The notes under the pieces: model-generated | What the model was told of the DNA's origin: nothing | What the model saw: only the letters and a program-made list of their open reading frames with translations | Databases searched by the model: none | Source: Alphaproteobacteria bacterium | GTDB taxonomy: Bacteria; Pseudomonadota; Alphaproteobacteria; CALKHQ01 | Direction: 5' to 3' | Assembly: GCA_965227515.1 (NCBI GenBank) | Contig: CBDDFZ010000001.1 | Location: 2,848,001-2,912,000, forward strand | DNA length: 64,000 bases | Translations under genes and position numbers: made by a program | Shown: positions 40,730 to 51,347 of the stretch, in pieces | Layout: each line of letters begins with the position of its first letter | Numbering within the stretch: the stretch's first letter is position 1

Positions 40730-42568
40730 ATGATGCACCCATATCGCACCCACAACTGCGACGAGCTTCGCCCTGAGCATGTGGGAGAGACGGTCCGGAT
40801 TTCAGGCTGGGTAGACCGCAAGCACGATCTGGGCGGGCTGCTGTTCGTGGAACTGCGGGACGATTTCGGCCTGACCCAGTGCGTCATCGAGACCGACCAC
40901 GAGCTGTTCGCGGCGGTCGAAGGGGTGCGCGTCGAAAGCGTGGTGACAGTGACCGGCCGGGTGGTCAAGCGGTCGGAGGAAACCATCAACCCGAAGCTGA
41001 GCACCGGCCTTGTCGAGATACGGATCGAGGGGTTCGAGGCGCAGTCGCAGGCCGAGGTGCTGCCGCTGATCGTGCACGGGGGCGAGGACACGGCGGAGGA
41101 CATTCGCCTGCGCTACCGCTTCCTCGACCTCAGGCGCGAGCGCATGCACGCCAACGTCAAGCTGCGCTCGGCGGTGATCGCGAGCATCCGCCAGCGGATG
41201 ATCGCGCAGGGCTTCCAGGAGTTCCAGACCCCGATCCTGACCGCAAGCTCGCCGGAGGGCGCGCGCGACTATCTGGTGCCGAGCCGCGTCCACCCCGGCA
41301 AGTTCTATGCGCTGCCGCAGGCGCCGCAGCAGTTCAAGCAGTTGCTGATGGTGGCCGGCTTCGACCGCTATTTCCAGATCGCGCCGTGCTTCCGCGACGA
41401 GGACAGCCGCGCTGACCGGTCGCCGGGCGAGTTCTACCAGCTCGACTTCGAGATGGCGTTCGTGACCCAGGAGGACGTGTTCGCGGCGCTGGAGCCGGTG
41501 CTCGCCGGGCTGTTCGAGGAATTCGGCCAGGGCCACGCGGTCGACAAGCCGCCGTTCCGCCGCATCCCGTTCGATGAGGCGATGCTGACCTATGGCTCCG
41601 ACAAGCCGGACCTGCGCAACCCGCTGGTCATCAGCGAGGCGACCGAGGTCTTCGCCGGCTCCGACTTCAAGATCTTCGCGCGCCAGATCGAGCAGGGGGC
41701 CGTTGTTCGCGCCATCCGCGCCCCGGGGGCGGCCGCCCGGCCGCGCAGCTTCTTCGACAAGCTGAACGACTGGGCGCGTGCCGAAGGCGCCGGCGGGCTC
41801 GGCTACGTGATCCTGCGCGAGGGCCGGGGCGACGGGCCGATCGCCAAGTTCCTGGTCGACGGGCGGCTGGAGCGCCTGCGCGAGCTGACCGGCGCCGAGG
41901 ACGGCGACGCCGTGTTCTTCTCCTGCGGCCAGCCGGAGGACGCCGCCCTGTTCGCGGGCGCCGCGCGCACACGGTTGTGCGACGAACTCGACCTGCTGGA
42001 GCGCGACGCCTTCCGCTTCTGCTGGATCGTCGACTTCCCGATGTTCGAGCGCGATGCGGACACAGGGGCCATCGAGTTCAGCCACAACCCGTTCTCGATG
42101 CCGCAGGGCGGGCTGGAGGCGCTGGAGACCCAGGACCCGCTGACCATCAAGGCGTGGCAGTACGACATCGTCTGCAACGGCGTCGAGTTGTCGTCTGGCG
42201 CCATTCGGAACCATCGCCCTGACATCATGATCAAGGCGTTCGGCATCGCGGGCTATCCGGCCGAGGAAGTGGAGGCGCGGTTCGGCGGTATGCTGAACGC
42301 GTTCCGCTATGGCGCGCCGCCGCACGGTGGGTCTGCGCCCGGCATCGACCGTATCGTCATGCTGCTGGCCGGTGAGCCGAACATCCGCGAAGTGATCGCC
42401 TTCCCGCTGAACCAGCGGGGCGAGGATCTGATGATGCAGGCGCCGGCGGAAGTGGAGATGGAGCGGCTGCGCGAACTGCGCCTGCGGGTGGTGTTGCCGC
42501 CGAAGAGCAAGACGGACGAAAAGGCGGATGCCAAACCGGAAGCGGGCCCGGACGGCCAATCTGGATAA
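40730..42568 (+). CDS. aspS: Aspartyl-tRNA synthetase
   Basis: 'HPYRTHNC', 'SSPEGARDY', '[16 protein letters not shown]', 'CFRDED', 'GAPPHGG..PGIDR'. Confidence 0.98.
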   Translation: MMHPYRTHNCDELRPEHVGETVRISGWVDRKHDLGGLLFVELRDDFGLTQCVIETDHELFAAVEGVRVESVVTVTGRVVKRSEETINPKLSTGLVEIRIEGFEAQSQAEVLPLIVHGGEDTAEDIRLRYRFLDLRRERMHANVKLRSAVIASIRQRMIAQGFQEFQTPILTASSPEGARDYLVPSRVHPGKFYALPQAPQQFKQLLMVAGFDRYFQIAPCFRDEDSRADRSPGEFYQLDFEMAFVTQEDVFAALEPVLAGLFEEFGQGHAVDKPPFRRIPFDEAMLTYGSDKPDLRNPLVISEATEVFAGSDFKIFARQIEQGAVVRAIRAPGAAARPRSFFDKLNDWARAEGAGGLGYVILREGRGDGPIAKFLVDGRLERLRELTGAEDGDAVFFSCGQPEDAALFAGAARTRLCDELDLLERDAFRFCWIVDFPMFERDADTGAIEFSHNPFSMPQGGLEALETQDPLTIKAWQYDIVCNGVELSSGAIRNHRPDIMIKAFGIAGYPAEEVEARFGGMLNAFRYGAPPHGGSAPGIDRIVMLLAGEPNIREVIAFPLNQRGEDLMMQAPAEVEMERLRELRLRVVLPPKSKTDEKADAKPEAGPDGQSG

Positions 42569-42645
42569 AGCATTAATCTTCGTTTCGTTGCTTTGCACGG
42601 TTCTTGCCTGGATAGTCGTAGAAATTGCGACTCAGTGAGGTACAC

Positions 42646-43230
42646 ATGCGCAAGATCGTGGCCGTGGTCACCCCCGTACTGCTGGCCGGTTGCGGCATTC
42701 CCCCTGCGGTAAGCGTCGGGTCCTATGTCGTCGATGGCGTCGTGATGGCGACGACCGGCAAGAACATGCGCGACCATGCGCTGTCGACCGCCGCGCAGCA
42801 GGACTGCAACATGTTCCACGTCGTTGAAGGCGGAAACATCTGCCAGGACTACGAGCCCAACGACCGTGTCCGGATCGGCCTGTTGGGCCTGGAAGACAAC
42901 GAGCGGGTGTTTACGACAACTTCAGACGGGCGGGCGATCCTGGTCGCCGCCGATGGCCCCCCGACCGAGCGCGTCCTGACATCGTCGGCAAACGGGCGCG
43001 ATGTCATGGTGGCGATCGAGGACACGCCGAACTATGTATTCAACAGCGCGGTCGCCAACGACATTTCGGATGGCGGCGTGACCGAGCCGTCACCGGCACC
43101 GGCAGCCATGCTGTCGCAGGAAGTTGCGGAGGGCGAGGAACTTGCGGCCGTCGACCGGCTTACGTTGCCCAATTTGGCGCCGCGTGACCGGGTACCTTCG
43201 CCGCAACTATCTCACGCGGCGGCCCAGTAA
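42646..43230 (+). CDS. Hypothetical lipoprotein
   Basis: Lipobox 'LLAGC'; 'TGKNMRDHALS...QDC...GNIC' segment. Confidence 0.75.
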   Translation: MRKIVAVVTPVLLAGCGIPPAVSVGSYVVDGVVMATTGKNMRDHALSTAAQQDCNMFHVVEGGNICQDYEPNDRVRIGLLGLEDNERVFTTTSDGRAILVAADGPPTERVLTSSANGRDVMVAIEDTPNYVFNSAVANDISDGGVTEPSPAPAAMLSQEVAEGEELAAVDRLTLPNLAPRDRVPSPQLSHAAAQ

Positions 43231-43440
43231 TTGACACGTTTGCTGTTTCTTCTGCCTGTTTGTTGGGCTGGCGCGCGTTGAAGCGGCAGGAAAGGGCGGG
43301 CCTGCGGGCCGGTTTGGGCCGTTAGGACGGGCGCCCACCATGTTGTGAAGTGGCCGCGATGGCGTGTGGCCGCTGACTTGCATAAATGTTACCACGCAGT
43401 GACGGCCCGTCACGGCGACGAGCAACAGGGGCGATAGCTG

Positions 43441-44349
43441 ATGACACTGGTGCAGCGCGACCACAACGGTATCCCGGCGACCGGGGTTACGCGCCATCGC
43501 CACGCGCCGCGCATGGGCGTCGGCATGGCAGCGGTGTCTGCCGTGGCTCTTGGCCTGACAGCGGCCGGCGCGGCCATGCCGTCAGCCGCGGAAGCGGCCG
43601 AGATTGCGGCCCACAGGGCGATCTACACGCTGGATCTGGTCAGCATTGTCGATGACAGCCACGTCGCCGATGCCCGTGGCGCGCTGGTGGTCGAGTGGCG
43701 CGATGTCTGTGATGGCTGGCAGGTGGAACAGCACTACGCGCTATATGTCTCGCACCACGAGCAGCCGGACCGGCGCATCGAGTCCAGCTACTCGACCTGG
43801 GAGTCCAAGGACGGCCTGACCTACACGTTCGACGTCGAGACCAGCCACGACGGGCGCGGCGGCGACCGGGTGCGCGGCAGCGCAACCCTGGACCCGGAGA
43901 CCGGCGCCGGGGAGGCTGAGTACGCCCGCCCGCGCGGTGTGACCGTGGAGCTGCCGGCCGGCACCATGTTCCCGATGGCGCACACGCGCGAGGTGCTGGG
44001 CCAGGCGGAGAACGGCGGCGTGGTGATCAATCGCGTGGTGTTCGACGGCTCGAACGTCGATCAACCGCTGGAAATGAACGTGCTGGTCGGCGCGCGGGTG
44101 AACATGGGCGACGACCCGTCGCCGCAGCTTGCCGCGGACTCCGGCAATCCGTTGCTCGAGGCGCCCGGCTGGAACATCCGCATGGCGATCTTCCCGATGA
44201 CGTCGGTGCTGGCGGTGCCGGATTATGAGATCGAGGTCGGGCTGCTCAATAACGGCGTGGCCCAGACCATGCTGCTCGACTATGGCGACTTCATCATGTC
44301 GGCGTCGTTGCGCCAGATCGAGGCCTTGCCGGCCGAAGTCTGCGAATAG
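43441..44349 (+). CDS. eipB: Cell-envelope integrity EipB (DUF1849) family protein
   Basis: 'AHRAIYTL', 'CDGW', 'STWES', 'TMFPMAHT', 'VFDG', 'NGVA..LDYGDF'. True start may be downstream (~43513). Confidence 0.8.
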   Translation: MTLVQRDHNGIPATGVTRHRHAPRMGVGMAAVSAVALGLTAAGAAMPSAAEAAEIAAHRAIYTLDLVSIVDDSHVADARGALVVEWRDVCDGWQVEQHYALYVSHHEQPDRRIESSYSTWESKDGLTYTFDVETSHDGRGGDRVRGSATLDPETGAGEAEYARPRGVTVELPAGTMFPMAHTREVLGQAENGGVVINRVVFDGSNVDQPLEMNVLVGARVNMGDDPSPQLAADSGNPLLEAPGWNIRMAIFPMTSVLAVPDYEIEVGLLNNGVAQTMLLDYGDFIMSASLRQIEALPAEVCE

Positions 44350-44355
44350 GTCCGC

Positions 44356-45639
44356 CTATCCCAGGCCACGTCCGCGGGCGATGGCCTTGTCGCCCAGTTT
44401 CGCCCTGACATCGTCGATGGCGCGCTCCACCTTGGCGCGCCGCATCGAATCCGGGTCCGCCAGGTCCGGTTGATCGGCGAAGCGTGCGTCGGCCAGGCCC
44501 GACGTGCCGATGCCGATCAACCGATAGGGTGTGCCGTCGCTGGACGCCTCCAGCAACGGCCGCGCGGCCTTGTAGAGCTGGTCGGCCAGTTGGGTGCAGC
44601 CGGTGAGCTGGCGGCTGCGGGTGAGGATGCGGAAATCCGCGCGCTTCAGCTTCAGCGTGACCCCGGTGGTGGCGAGCGATTTCGCCTTCAGCCGGCGCGA
44701 CACCTTCTCGCATAGCGGCCACAGCCGCTTCGACAGGTCGTCGAATGTGGTCAGGTCGTCGTTGAAGGTGGTTTCCGCCGAGATGCTCTTCGCCGGCCCG
44801 TGCGGGTTCACCCGGCGGGTGTCGTGGCCACGCGCGAAATGGAACAGCCGGTGGCCCATCTGGCCGTAGCGGTCCACTAGCGCCGCCTCGCTGTGCGGCA
44901 ACAGGTCGGCGATGGCGGCGATACCGTCGCGGTGCAGCGCGCCCGCCAGGGCCTTGCCGACACCCCAGATCAGGGTCACGGGTTGTGCGGCCAGGAACGC
45001 CTGGGCATCGCCGCGGCCGATGACGAAGAAGCCGCGCGGCTTGTCGGCGTCCGACGCCACCTTGGCCAGGAACTTGTTGTAGCTGAGCCCGATCGAGGCG
45101 GTGATGCCGACCTCGTCCTTCAGGCGATTGACCAGGGCCACCAACAGCTCGGCCGGTGTGTGGCGGTGCAGCCGGCGGGTGCCGCTGAGGTCCAGGAACG
45201 CCTCGTCGATGGAGATCGGCTCCACCAGCGGCGTGACCGACAGCATGATCTCGCGCACCTGGCGGCCGGCGGCGGCATACTTCTGCATGTCCGGCTTGAT
45301 GACGACCGCGTCGGGGCAGGCCTTCAACGCCTTGAACATCGGCATCGCGGAGTGGATGCCATAGAGGCGGGCGTGATAGCAGGCGGCCGACACCACGCCA
45401 CGCCGCCCGCCGCCGATGATGACCGGCCGGTCGCGCAGGCTGGGGTCGTCCCGCTTTTCCACCGTCGCATAAAACGCATCGCAGTCGATGTGTGCGATTT
45501 CCAGGCTGTCGAGCTCGGGGTGGGCGAGCAGGCGGGGCGATCCGCAGGCCTTGCAGCGGCTTGTCTCGGCCGGCTGTCGGGTCGCGCAGTCCCGGCACAG
45601 CGCGTCGACACTCACGGACGCCTGCGATGTGCCGTTCAT
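44356..45639 (-). CDS. dinB: DNA polymerase IV with N-terminal CxxC-CxxC
   Basis: 'HIDCDAFYATVE', 'GVVSAACY', 'SIDEAFLD', 'KFLAKVASD..KP'. Confidence 0.96.
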   Translation of the reverse strand: MNGTSQASVSVDALCRDCATRQPAETSRCKACGSPRLLAHPELDSLEIAHIDCDAFYATVEKRDDPSLRDRPVIIGGGRRGVVSAACYHARLYGIHSAMPMFKALKACPDAVVIKPDMQKYAAAGRQVREIMLSVTPLVEPISIDEAFLDLSGTRRLHRHTPAELLVALVNRLKDEVGITASIGLSYNKFLAKVASDADKPRGFFVIGRGDAQAFLAAQPVTLIWGVGKALAGALHRDGIAAIADLLPHSEAALVDRYGQMGHRLFHFARGHDTRRVNPHGPAKSISAETTFNDDLTTFDDLSKRLWPLCEKVSRRLKAKSLATTGVTLKLKRADFRILTRSRQLTGCTQLADQLYKAARPLLEASSDGTPYRLIGIGTSGLADARFADQPDLADPDSMRRAKVERAIDDVRAKLGDKAIARGRGLG

Positions 45640-45669
45640 GCTGCGGTTCCCGTTATCGAGGGCCGGGCG

Positions 45670-46572
45670 TCAGGTCTTGGGCGGCCACAGCCAGGCCGCG
45701 CCGCGCACGCCAGTGGAATCGCCATGCACCGGCGGCCTGAGCTTGGTATCGACCCGGTCGGAGAACACATAACGGTCCCAGATCGCCGGCACGTCGTCAT
45801 AGAGGCTGGTGACGTTGGACATGCCGCCGCCGAGCACGACGACATCGGGGTCCAGCACGTTGATGATGGTGGCCAGCCCCCGTGCCAGGCGGTCGGTGTA
45901 GCGCTCCAGCGCCTGCACCGCAGCAGGCTCGCCGCTTTCCACCCGCTCCATGATCTTCTGGCCGGTCAGCTTGGTCCCGGTGGCCTGGGCATAGTCGCGC
46001 TGGAAGCCGGTCCCGGACAGGAAGGTCTCGATGCAGCCATGCAGGCCGCAATAGCAGGCCGGTCCGGGCCGTTCCTCGTCGCGCGGCCAGGGCAGGGGGC
46101 AGTGGCCCCACTCGCCGCCGATGGCGTTGGCGCCCAGCACAGGCTTGCGGTCGACCACCACGCCGCCGCCGACCCCGGTGCCGATGATAACGCCGAACAC
46201 GACCTTGCCGTCGGCGCCGGCGCCGTCGACCGCCTCCGACACCGCCATGCAGTTGGCGTCGTTGGAACAACGCACCTCGCGCCCCATCGCCTCGGACAGG
46301 TCGCGGTCCAGCGGGTGGCCGATCAGCCAAGTGGAATTGGCGTTCTTGACCAGCCCGGTGGCCGGCGAGATGGCCCCGGGCATCGACAGCCCGACCGTGG
46401 CCTTTTCGCCCAATTCGGCCTCCGCATCGCGGACAAGACCGACGATGGCCTGAATGGTGCCGTCGTAGTCGTCTTTCGGTGTGTCGATCCGCCGTCGAAT
46501 CAACTCGACCCCATCATCGTCCAGCGCGATGATTTCGGTCTTGGTGCCCCCCAAGTCTATGCCGATCCGCAT
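45670..46572 (-). CDS. mak: ROK family sugar kinase (fructokinase Mak-like)
   Basis: 'GIDLGGTK', 'NDANC', 'GTGVGGG', 'GEWGH', '[15 protein letters not shown]'. Confidence 0.9.
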   Translation of the reverse strand: MRIGIDLGGTKTEIIALDDDGVELIRRRIDTPKDDYDGTIQAIVGLVRDAEAELGEKATVGLSMPGAISPATGLVKNANSTWLIGHPLDRDLSEAMGREVRCSNDANCMAVSEAVDGAGADGKVVFGVIIGTGVGGGVVVDRKPVLGANAIGGEWGHCPLPWPRDEERPGPACYCGLHGCIETFLSGTGFQRDYAQATGTKLTGQKIMERVESGEPAAVQALERYTDRLARGLATIINVLDPDVVVLGGGMSNVTSLYDDVPAIWDRYVFSDRVDTKLRPPVHGDSTGVRGAAWLWPPKT

Positions 46573-46733
46573 GTTTTTCGCCCGTTTCTAAGTTGCTTCC
46601 GCGCATCAGGGCCGATAGTACTGAGACCCCCGATCCAGGCAAAGCCGAATGCGCCTGGACATTCGAGAGCATACGCCTAGCTGATGACGATGCAGGCCGG
46701 TGCGCCCCACGGCACCCGCCCAGGAAAGCGTAC

Positions 46734-47114
46734 ATGACCAAGACCGTTCTGATCGTCGAAGACAACGACCTGAACATGAAGCTGTTCCATGACCTGCTGG
46801 AGGCGCATGGCTATGCGACCATCCAGACCAAAGACGGCATGGAAGCCCTGAAGATCGCCCGCGACCAGCGCCCCGACCTGATCCTGATGGACATCCAGCT
46901 GCCGGAAGTCTCCGGCCTGGAGGTGACCAAGTGGATCAAGGAAGACGACAATCTGCGCTCCATCCCGGTGGTGGCGGTGACCGCGTTCGCCATGAAGGGC
47001 GACGAGGAGAAGATCCGCCAGGGCGGCTGCGAGGCCTATATAGCCAAGCCGATCTCGGTGACCCAGTTCCTTGAAACCGTGCGCGGCCTGGTCGGCGAGG
47101 CCGAGAGCGCCTGA
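46734..47114 (+). CDS. divK: Single-domain response regulator DivK
   Basis: '[25 protein letters not shown]...[21 protein letters not shown]...[27 protein letters not shown]'. Confidence 0.93.
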   Translation: MTKTVLIVEDNDLNMKLFHDLLEAHGYATIQTKDGMEALKIARDQRPDLILMDIQLPEVSGLEVTKWIKEDDNLRSIPVVAVTAFAMKGDEEKIRQGGCEAYIAKPISVTQFLETVRGLVGEAESA

Positions 47115-47239
47115 CCCGCAAACGCGGGGGTGCCGTTTCGCCGCGCAATTCTTTGCTTCTCGCGGGTTGCGCCGCCCGCCGGAAGCGACTATCTGATACC
47201 TCCCGCCGCCGGCAACCGTTCCAGGTCGCCGTCAGGCAT

Positions 47240-47313
<74 letters not shown>

Positions 47314-47315
<2 letters not shown>

Positions 47316-47407
47316 CGCTTCGCCCTTGCGGGCTGCGCGTGGCGCAGCCACGTTCGGATCGCTAGCGCGAAGCAGTGCCCGGCGAAGCCAAGTGCGCGAA
47401 GCCGGGC
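47314..47407. repeat. tRNA-adjacent palindromic element
   Basis: Hairpins CACGC..GCCC-TTGC-GGGC..GCGTG and GCCCGGC..GCCGGGC with recurring GCGAAGC. Confidence 0.5.
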
Positions 47408-47453
47408 TGCACCAGCCCGCCCTGACATTACCTCGTCGCTTCTCCGAACCAGT

Positions 47454-47546
47454 TCGGCCCTACGCCCCCAGCAGGCGCTGGTAGGTCTCGCGCACGGTCT
47501 GGCGCACCTTCTGCGGTTGCTCGTCCAGCGCCTGGGTCAGCGCCTT
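47454..47546 (-). pseudogene. Duplicated 3' end of cbpM (left copy of the 93-bp direct repeat)
   Basis: Identical to 57667-57759 except one synonymous base; encodes KALTQALDEQPQKVRQTVRETYQRLLGA*. Confidence 0.92.
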
Positions 47547-48084
47547 ATCTCGTCGCGGACCGAGTTGCCGCAGCGAAGGGCCTGTCGCTGGTGGACTATC
47601 CCACCGCCCGTGCTCGGACACTCGCACATGAGTGGAACATGACCGAGGCGGGCGTCCGGAGACGGATCTTGCGCTTGTGGGACTGCATTCACAAGATGGC
47701 ACTGCCAAGTCACGTGATTGGCCAGATGATGATCTGATCTTGAAATATCAGGCGTGGCACGATTATCGACCAAATCCGCATCGCGTATGTGTCATTGTGG
47801 CCAAGAAAGTCTATAAATGCGCACCACTGTTAACGATATGGAATTGTTGAGTCGTGGTATTATCTCTCGAGTTCTGTCTCACAACAAAATCATAACTGTA
47901 ACGAATGGAGCATAATATTCCAAAATTTTCACATATATATATTTATGCAGCGATTTGTCTTAACAACAATGGAATTCTCGTCACCTCATGGCGCGGAAGA
48001 CAAAAAAGAGACGGTTAGGCGTCGGCTGATGTGCTTGGTATTGCGCCAAAGTCAGATCGACGTATTTGCGCGAAACCATAGAAA

Positions 48085-48100
48085 TGACTGAATTCAGTCA
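48085..48100. promoter_or_regulatory. Perfect 16-bp palindrome, candidate operator of the island operon
   Basis: TGACTGAATTCAGTCA is its own reverse complement; ~140 bp upstream of ATG 48242. Confidence 0.5.
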
Positions 48101-48241
48101 ATCCAATCCTTGGTCATCACTCACAGTATTGCGGATAAATTGCATCACGGGACTTTGAACAATCGCCCTGTACGCCATATCGCGGATGGTGCATAGTATT
48201 TGGCTTGCAAATCCGTCTTAGCTCGCTGTCGTGGGAACGCC

Positions 48242-48775
48242 ATGCCTACAGTGAGGATGGAAGATTGGCTTGAGCTACTGGGCCTGACCGGGTCGGTTCA
48301 GCAGCTCCTTGCCGGGCAGCGAACGCTCAGCGATGCGCGCGAGGACGTAGAGTCGGCCAAGACGACCTGGCCCGGCGTGTCCCAGGATTTCGTCTCTGTT
48401 CTGGACCAGTTGAATCCCTTCTTTGACGACGTCGCCGATGTCATTTCCGAACAACACGATCTGATTGACGAGTTCAATAATGCCGTTGGCGAGTTCGGGG
48501 AAACATTCCCGGCCCCACAGGATCGGCTTCTGAATGAAGAGGATCTGGGGGACATCGCCGACATCCGCGATGCGCTGCTGGATTTCCTGGCCGAACTCCA
48601 CAGCCAAATCGAGTCCATCGTCGACGAGATCGAAGACCTGCTCAACGAGCTCGAGTCCCAGCGAGGCGGTCTGGAGGAAGGCGATCCGTTCCTCGCCGAC
48701 GAAATCGCCGAGACGCTTGAGGAACTGGAAGAGCTGCAGGAGGCGCTGGAAGGCGAGGGGTGCCTGGGTCCATGA
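48242..48775 (+). CDS. Hypothetical, very acidic alpha-helical protein with a W-x-G motif
   Basis: D/E-rich amphipathic heptads; 'KTTWPGVSQDF'; stop overlaps the next ATG (ATGA). Start is 48242 or 48257. Confidence 0.75.
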   Translation: MPTVRMEDWLELLGLTGSVQQLLAGQRTLSDAREDVESAKTTWPGVSQDFVSVLDQLNPFFDDVADVISEQHDLIDEFNNAVGEFGETFPAPQDRLLNEEDLGDIADIRDALLDFLAELHSQIESIVDEIEDLLNELESQRGGLEEGDPFLADEIAETLEELEELQEALEGEGCLGP

Positions 48776-49137
48776 CCGATGTACCGCCGCCCTTTGCCAC
48801 CGGTGACCTTGCCGCCCCCCTGACCCTCCCGGCCAGTGACCCCGACGATCCCATGGCAAAGCTGAGGGCGCTTCAGGCGGAACGCCGCCGCCTGGAGTTG
48901 CGGCGTATCGAGCTGGTGGTCGAACTGACCAATGCGCGCCGGGTCGTGGCGCGGTTCGAACAAGAGGCTTCGGCATCGTTGCAGGGGCCGGTGGAAGCAA
49001 TCCTGTTTGCGCGTGCTGCGTCGAACGCGGCCGAACTCGCGATTGCCGCGCGCATCGTCGAGCAGCGGCTGCGCCATATCGAACTGGAACTGCCGTCCGC
49101 CTTCGGCCGCACCGCCCTGGAGGTGACCCGCCGATGA
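48772..49137 (+). CDS. Hypothetical small Arg-rich coiled-coil protein
   Basis: 'LRALQAERRRLELRRIELVVEL'; ATGA overlaps at both ends. Confidence 0.75.
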   Translation: MTDVPPPFATGDLAAPLTLPASDPDDPMAKLRALQAERRRLELRRIELVVELTNARRVVARFEQEASASLQGPVEAILFARAASNAAELAIAARIVEQRLRHIELELPSAFGRTALEVTRR

Positions 49138-49667
49138 CCTTCCCGCCCGACACTCCGCTGCTGGACTGCGACCGTGTCGGCCTGCTTTGGGCGGAGGACT
49201 ATCTGCCCGCCGTCATCGCTGCGATCGAGGGGGCAAGAACGCGACTGGACGTTGCCATGTTCATTCTGGCGGTCGGCACAACGACACGGGCGCTGGACCG
49301 GGTGCGCGACCTGGCCGACATCTGCGCGCGGGCCCACCATCGCGGCGTCGCTTGCCGCGTCCTCATCAATGATTTTACCGAAGACGAAGAATTGCCGGTG
49401 CTGAACCTGGTCGCCGGCCACTATCTGGCGGCCGCCGATGTGCCCGTGCGCCAGTACCGAAGCGATCGGCACAGCAGCATTCATTCCAAGTATGCGTTGA
49501 TCGACGACGACAACGCCTTCGTCGGCAGCGGAAATTGGACCGGCGGCGGCTTGATGGCCAATCTCGAGGCATCGGTGCATGCGGTGTCGGCGCCGCTGGT
49601 GGCGATCCTGCGACGCCGCTTCGACAACGACTGGCAACGCGCTGCGATGCTGGAGCGCCTACCATGA
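49134..49667 (+). CDS. Phospholipase D superfamily protein, single HKD (Nuc-like)
   Basis: 'IHSKYALIDDDNAFVGSGNWT...NLEAS' and 'RGVACRVLI'; no signal peptide. Confidence 0.9.
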   Translation: MTFPPDTPLLDCDRVGLLWAEDYLPAVIAAIEGARTRLDVAMFILAVGTTTRALDRVRDLADICARAHHRGVACRVLINDFTEDEELPVLNLVAGHYLAAADVPVRQYRSDRHSSIHSKYALIDDDNAFVGSGNWTGGGLMANLEASVHAVSAPLVAILRRRFDNDWQRAAMLERLP

Positions 49668-51346
49668 ACGTGCTGCCCAACATGGCTCCGGAGGCTGCAC
49701 TGCTAACCGGACTGCTCGACCGCTGGCTGCCGGGCGCAAACCTTACGCACAGGCAATGGTGGTCTCTGCGCCGCGCGGTCATCCGCATCGGCAGTGCGCT
49801 GGGCGTTGTCGACGAACTGGCCAGGCTGCCCTTCGAGCAGGGCACGGTGTCCTACCAATCGAAAGTCATTGCCGAGGGCGTTGATGCCCTGGTGCGGCGC
49901 AGCGTCGACGTGGGCCCGACCGAGGCGGTGCCGTTCGCCGTCGCCGCAGCCGGCGGGGCATCCCCGGTGGCGGGAGTCGTGCCGGCCGAAATCGTGCCGC
50001 GCCTCGACATCAATGCTGCCGATACGGACCAGTTGGCCGGCCTGCCCGGGCTCGGGGGAGTCAGCGCCCGGCGTATCGTGGCACGACGGGACGCGCGTGG
50101 CCCCTATGTCGACCTGGAGGATGCGCGAAGGGCCGGCAACGTCTCCAAGGCGGCGTTCGCGCGCGCGACCGTTCACCTGTATGTCGGTGCCGCCGTGCCG
50201 CCCCGGTCCCAATTGCGCGAGACCGAACTGATCCAACGTGGCGGACTGAGCGCGTATCTGCAGCTATGGCAGGACGGTCGCCTCAGCACCCCGCACCTCA
50301 GCGCTGAGACGGCAGAGGACGCGCTGGTGACGCTGGTGCAGGGTTTTGCTGCCGCGGTGCGCGCCAAACCGGCGGTTCCGCGGCTTTGGGCGCCAGGCCG
50401 CCGCCGGCTGCGACGCGGCTCTCGGGCGCTTGGGCGCGCGACGGAACTGGAAGCCGCGATGGCGACCGATGCGCAGGTCGCACCGATCTTCAGTTCCGGC
50501 TATCTGCCGAAGCTCGTCGCCACGATCGATGCGGCCACCGCCACCGTCATTGCGTCCATGTTCTACTTCACGGTCGGCGAAGCAGATGTGGAGACCGACC
50601 CGGGGGACGAGATCGTCACGGCGCTGGAGCGGGCGATTGGGCGGGGAGTCGATGTGCGCCTGATCCTCGACGACGACGTGCCGACCGACCGGCACGGCGC
50701 CCAGCTTGTCAACGCGACCACGTTCTCCGTTCTCGAGGCCAAGGGGATTCCGTTCCGGCGGGATCATCTGGAGGTGACCTCTCACGCAAAGGCCATCGTG
50801 GTCGATGCACAGAACGCCATCGTCGGCAGTCATAATTGGACCGCGTCGTCGTTCTTCCGCTACCAGGAAACGTCCCTGTTCGTCAGGTCGAACGATTTCG
50901 GCCAGACGCTGTTCGAGCGACTGTCCCGGCGCTGGCAGATGCTGGCCCCCAAGAACGAGCGCATCGTGCCGGTCGAGCACCTGGAGAGCCTGGACTCCGA
51001 CCAGAAGGGCGCGGTCTTGGCCGCCGGCCTGGCCGATGGGCCGGCCTTTGTGAGTGCCACACGGCTGAAGGCGCAGCGCGATGCGCTGGTGGAGCCGCTC
51101 TTAATGGGCGAAGACGACATCGCGAACGTGCGGCGCATCGTCAATCTGATGCAGACCTTCCCCATCTCCGAGACGGCGGCCGTGGCGTTGATCGGCGATG
51201 GATTGGACTCAGCCAGCGAGGTGCGGCGGGCCACCGCCGCGCGCTTGCAGCAGGCATTCGCCAGGATGCCGGCACTGCCGGAGCCGTTCGGGCTGCGCGA
51301 GATATTGCCGGAAGTCGCGGACCGGCTGGCGGCCGAGGAGGGTTGA
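49664..51346 (+). CDS. ComEA-type HhH + single-HKD PLD + DUF4332-like C-terminal domain protein
   Basis: 'RLDINAADTDQLAGLPGLGGVSARRIVARRDARGPY' (HhH, ~50000-50180); 'SHAKAIVVD...VGSHNWT' (~50780-50840); degenerate HhH-like tail. Start is ATG 49664 (ATGA overlap). Confidence 0.85.
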   Translation: MNVLPNMAPEAALLTGLLDRWLPGANLTHRQWWSLRRAVIRIGSALGVVDELARLPFEQGTVSYQSKVIAEGVDALVRRSVDVGPTEAVPFAVAAAGGASPVAGVVPAEIVPRLDINAADTDQLAGLPGLGGVSARRIVARRDARGPYVDLEDARRAGNVSKAAFARATVHLYVGAAVPPRSQLRETELIQRGGLSAYLQLWQDGRLSTPHLSAETAEDALVTLVQGFAAAVRAKPAVPRLWAPGRRRLRRGSRALGRATELEAAMATDAQVAPIFSSGYLPKLVATIDAATATVIASMFYFTVGEADVETDPGDEIVTALERAIGRGVDVRLILDDDVPTDRHGAQLVNATTFSVLEAKGIPFRRDHLEVTSHAKAIVVDAQNAIVGSHNWTASSFFRYQETSLFVRSNDFGQTLFERLSRRWQMLAPKNERIVPVEHLESLDSDQKGAVLAAGLADGPAFVSATRLKAQRDALVEPLLMGEDDIANVRRIVNLMQTFPISETAAVALIGDGLDSASEVRRATAARLQQAFARMPALPEPFGLREILPEVADRLAAEEG

Positions 51347-51347
51347 G

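Noticed and set aside
44356-45639. Zinc-ribbon N-terminus of DinB as a novelty
   Set aside because: This extension is typical of alphaproteobacterial Pol IV.
47460-47708. 82-aa minus-strand ORF ending like CbpM
   Set aside because: Only the last 28 residues are CbpM-derived; the rest is fortuitous read-in from island DNA.
47632-48079. Small ORFs in the AT-rich leader (47632-47850 plus; 47981-48079 minus, MVSRKYVDLTLAQYQAHQPTPNRLFFVFRAMR) as immunity or regulator genes
   Set aside because: Short, atypical codon use, no clear RBS or family motif; a faint mutual resemblance (DL..YQA..P.P.R) is too weak to support.
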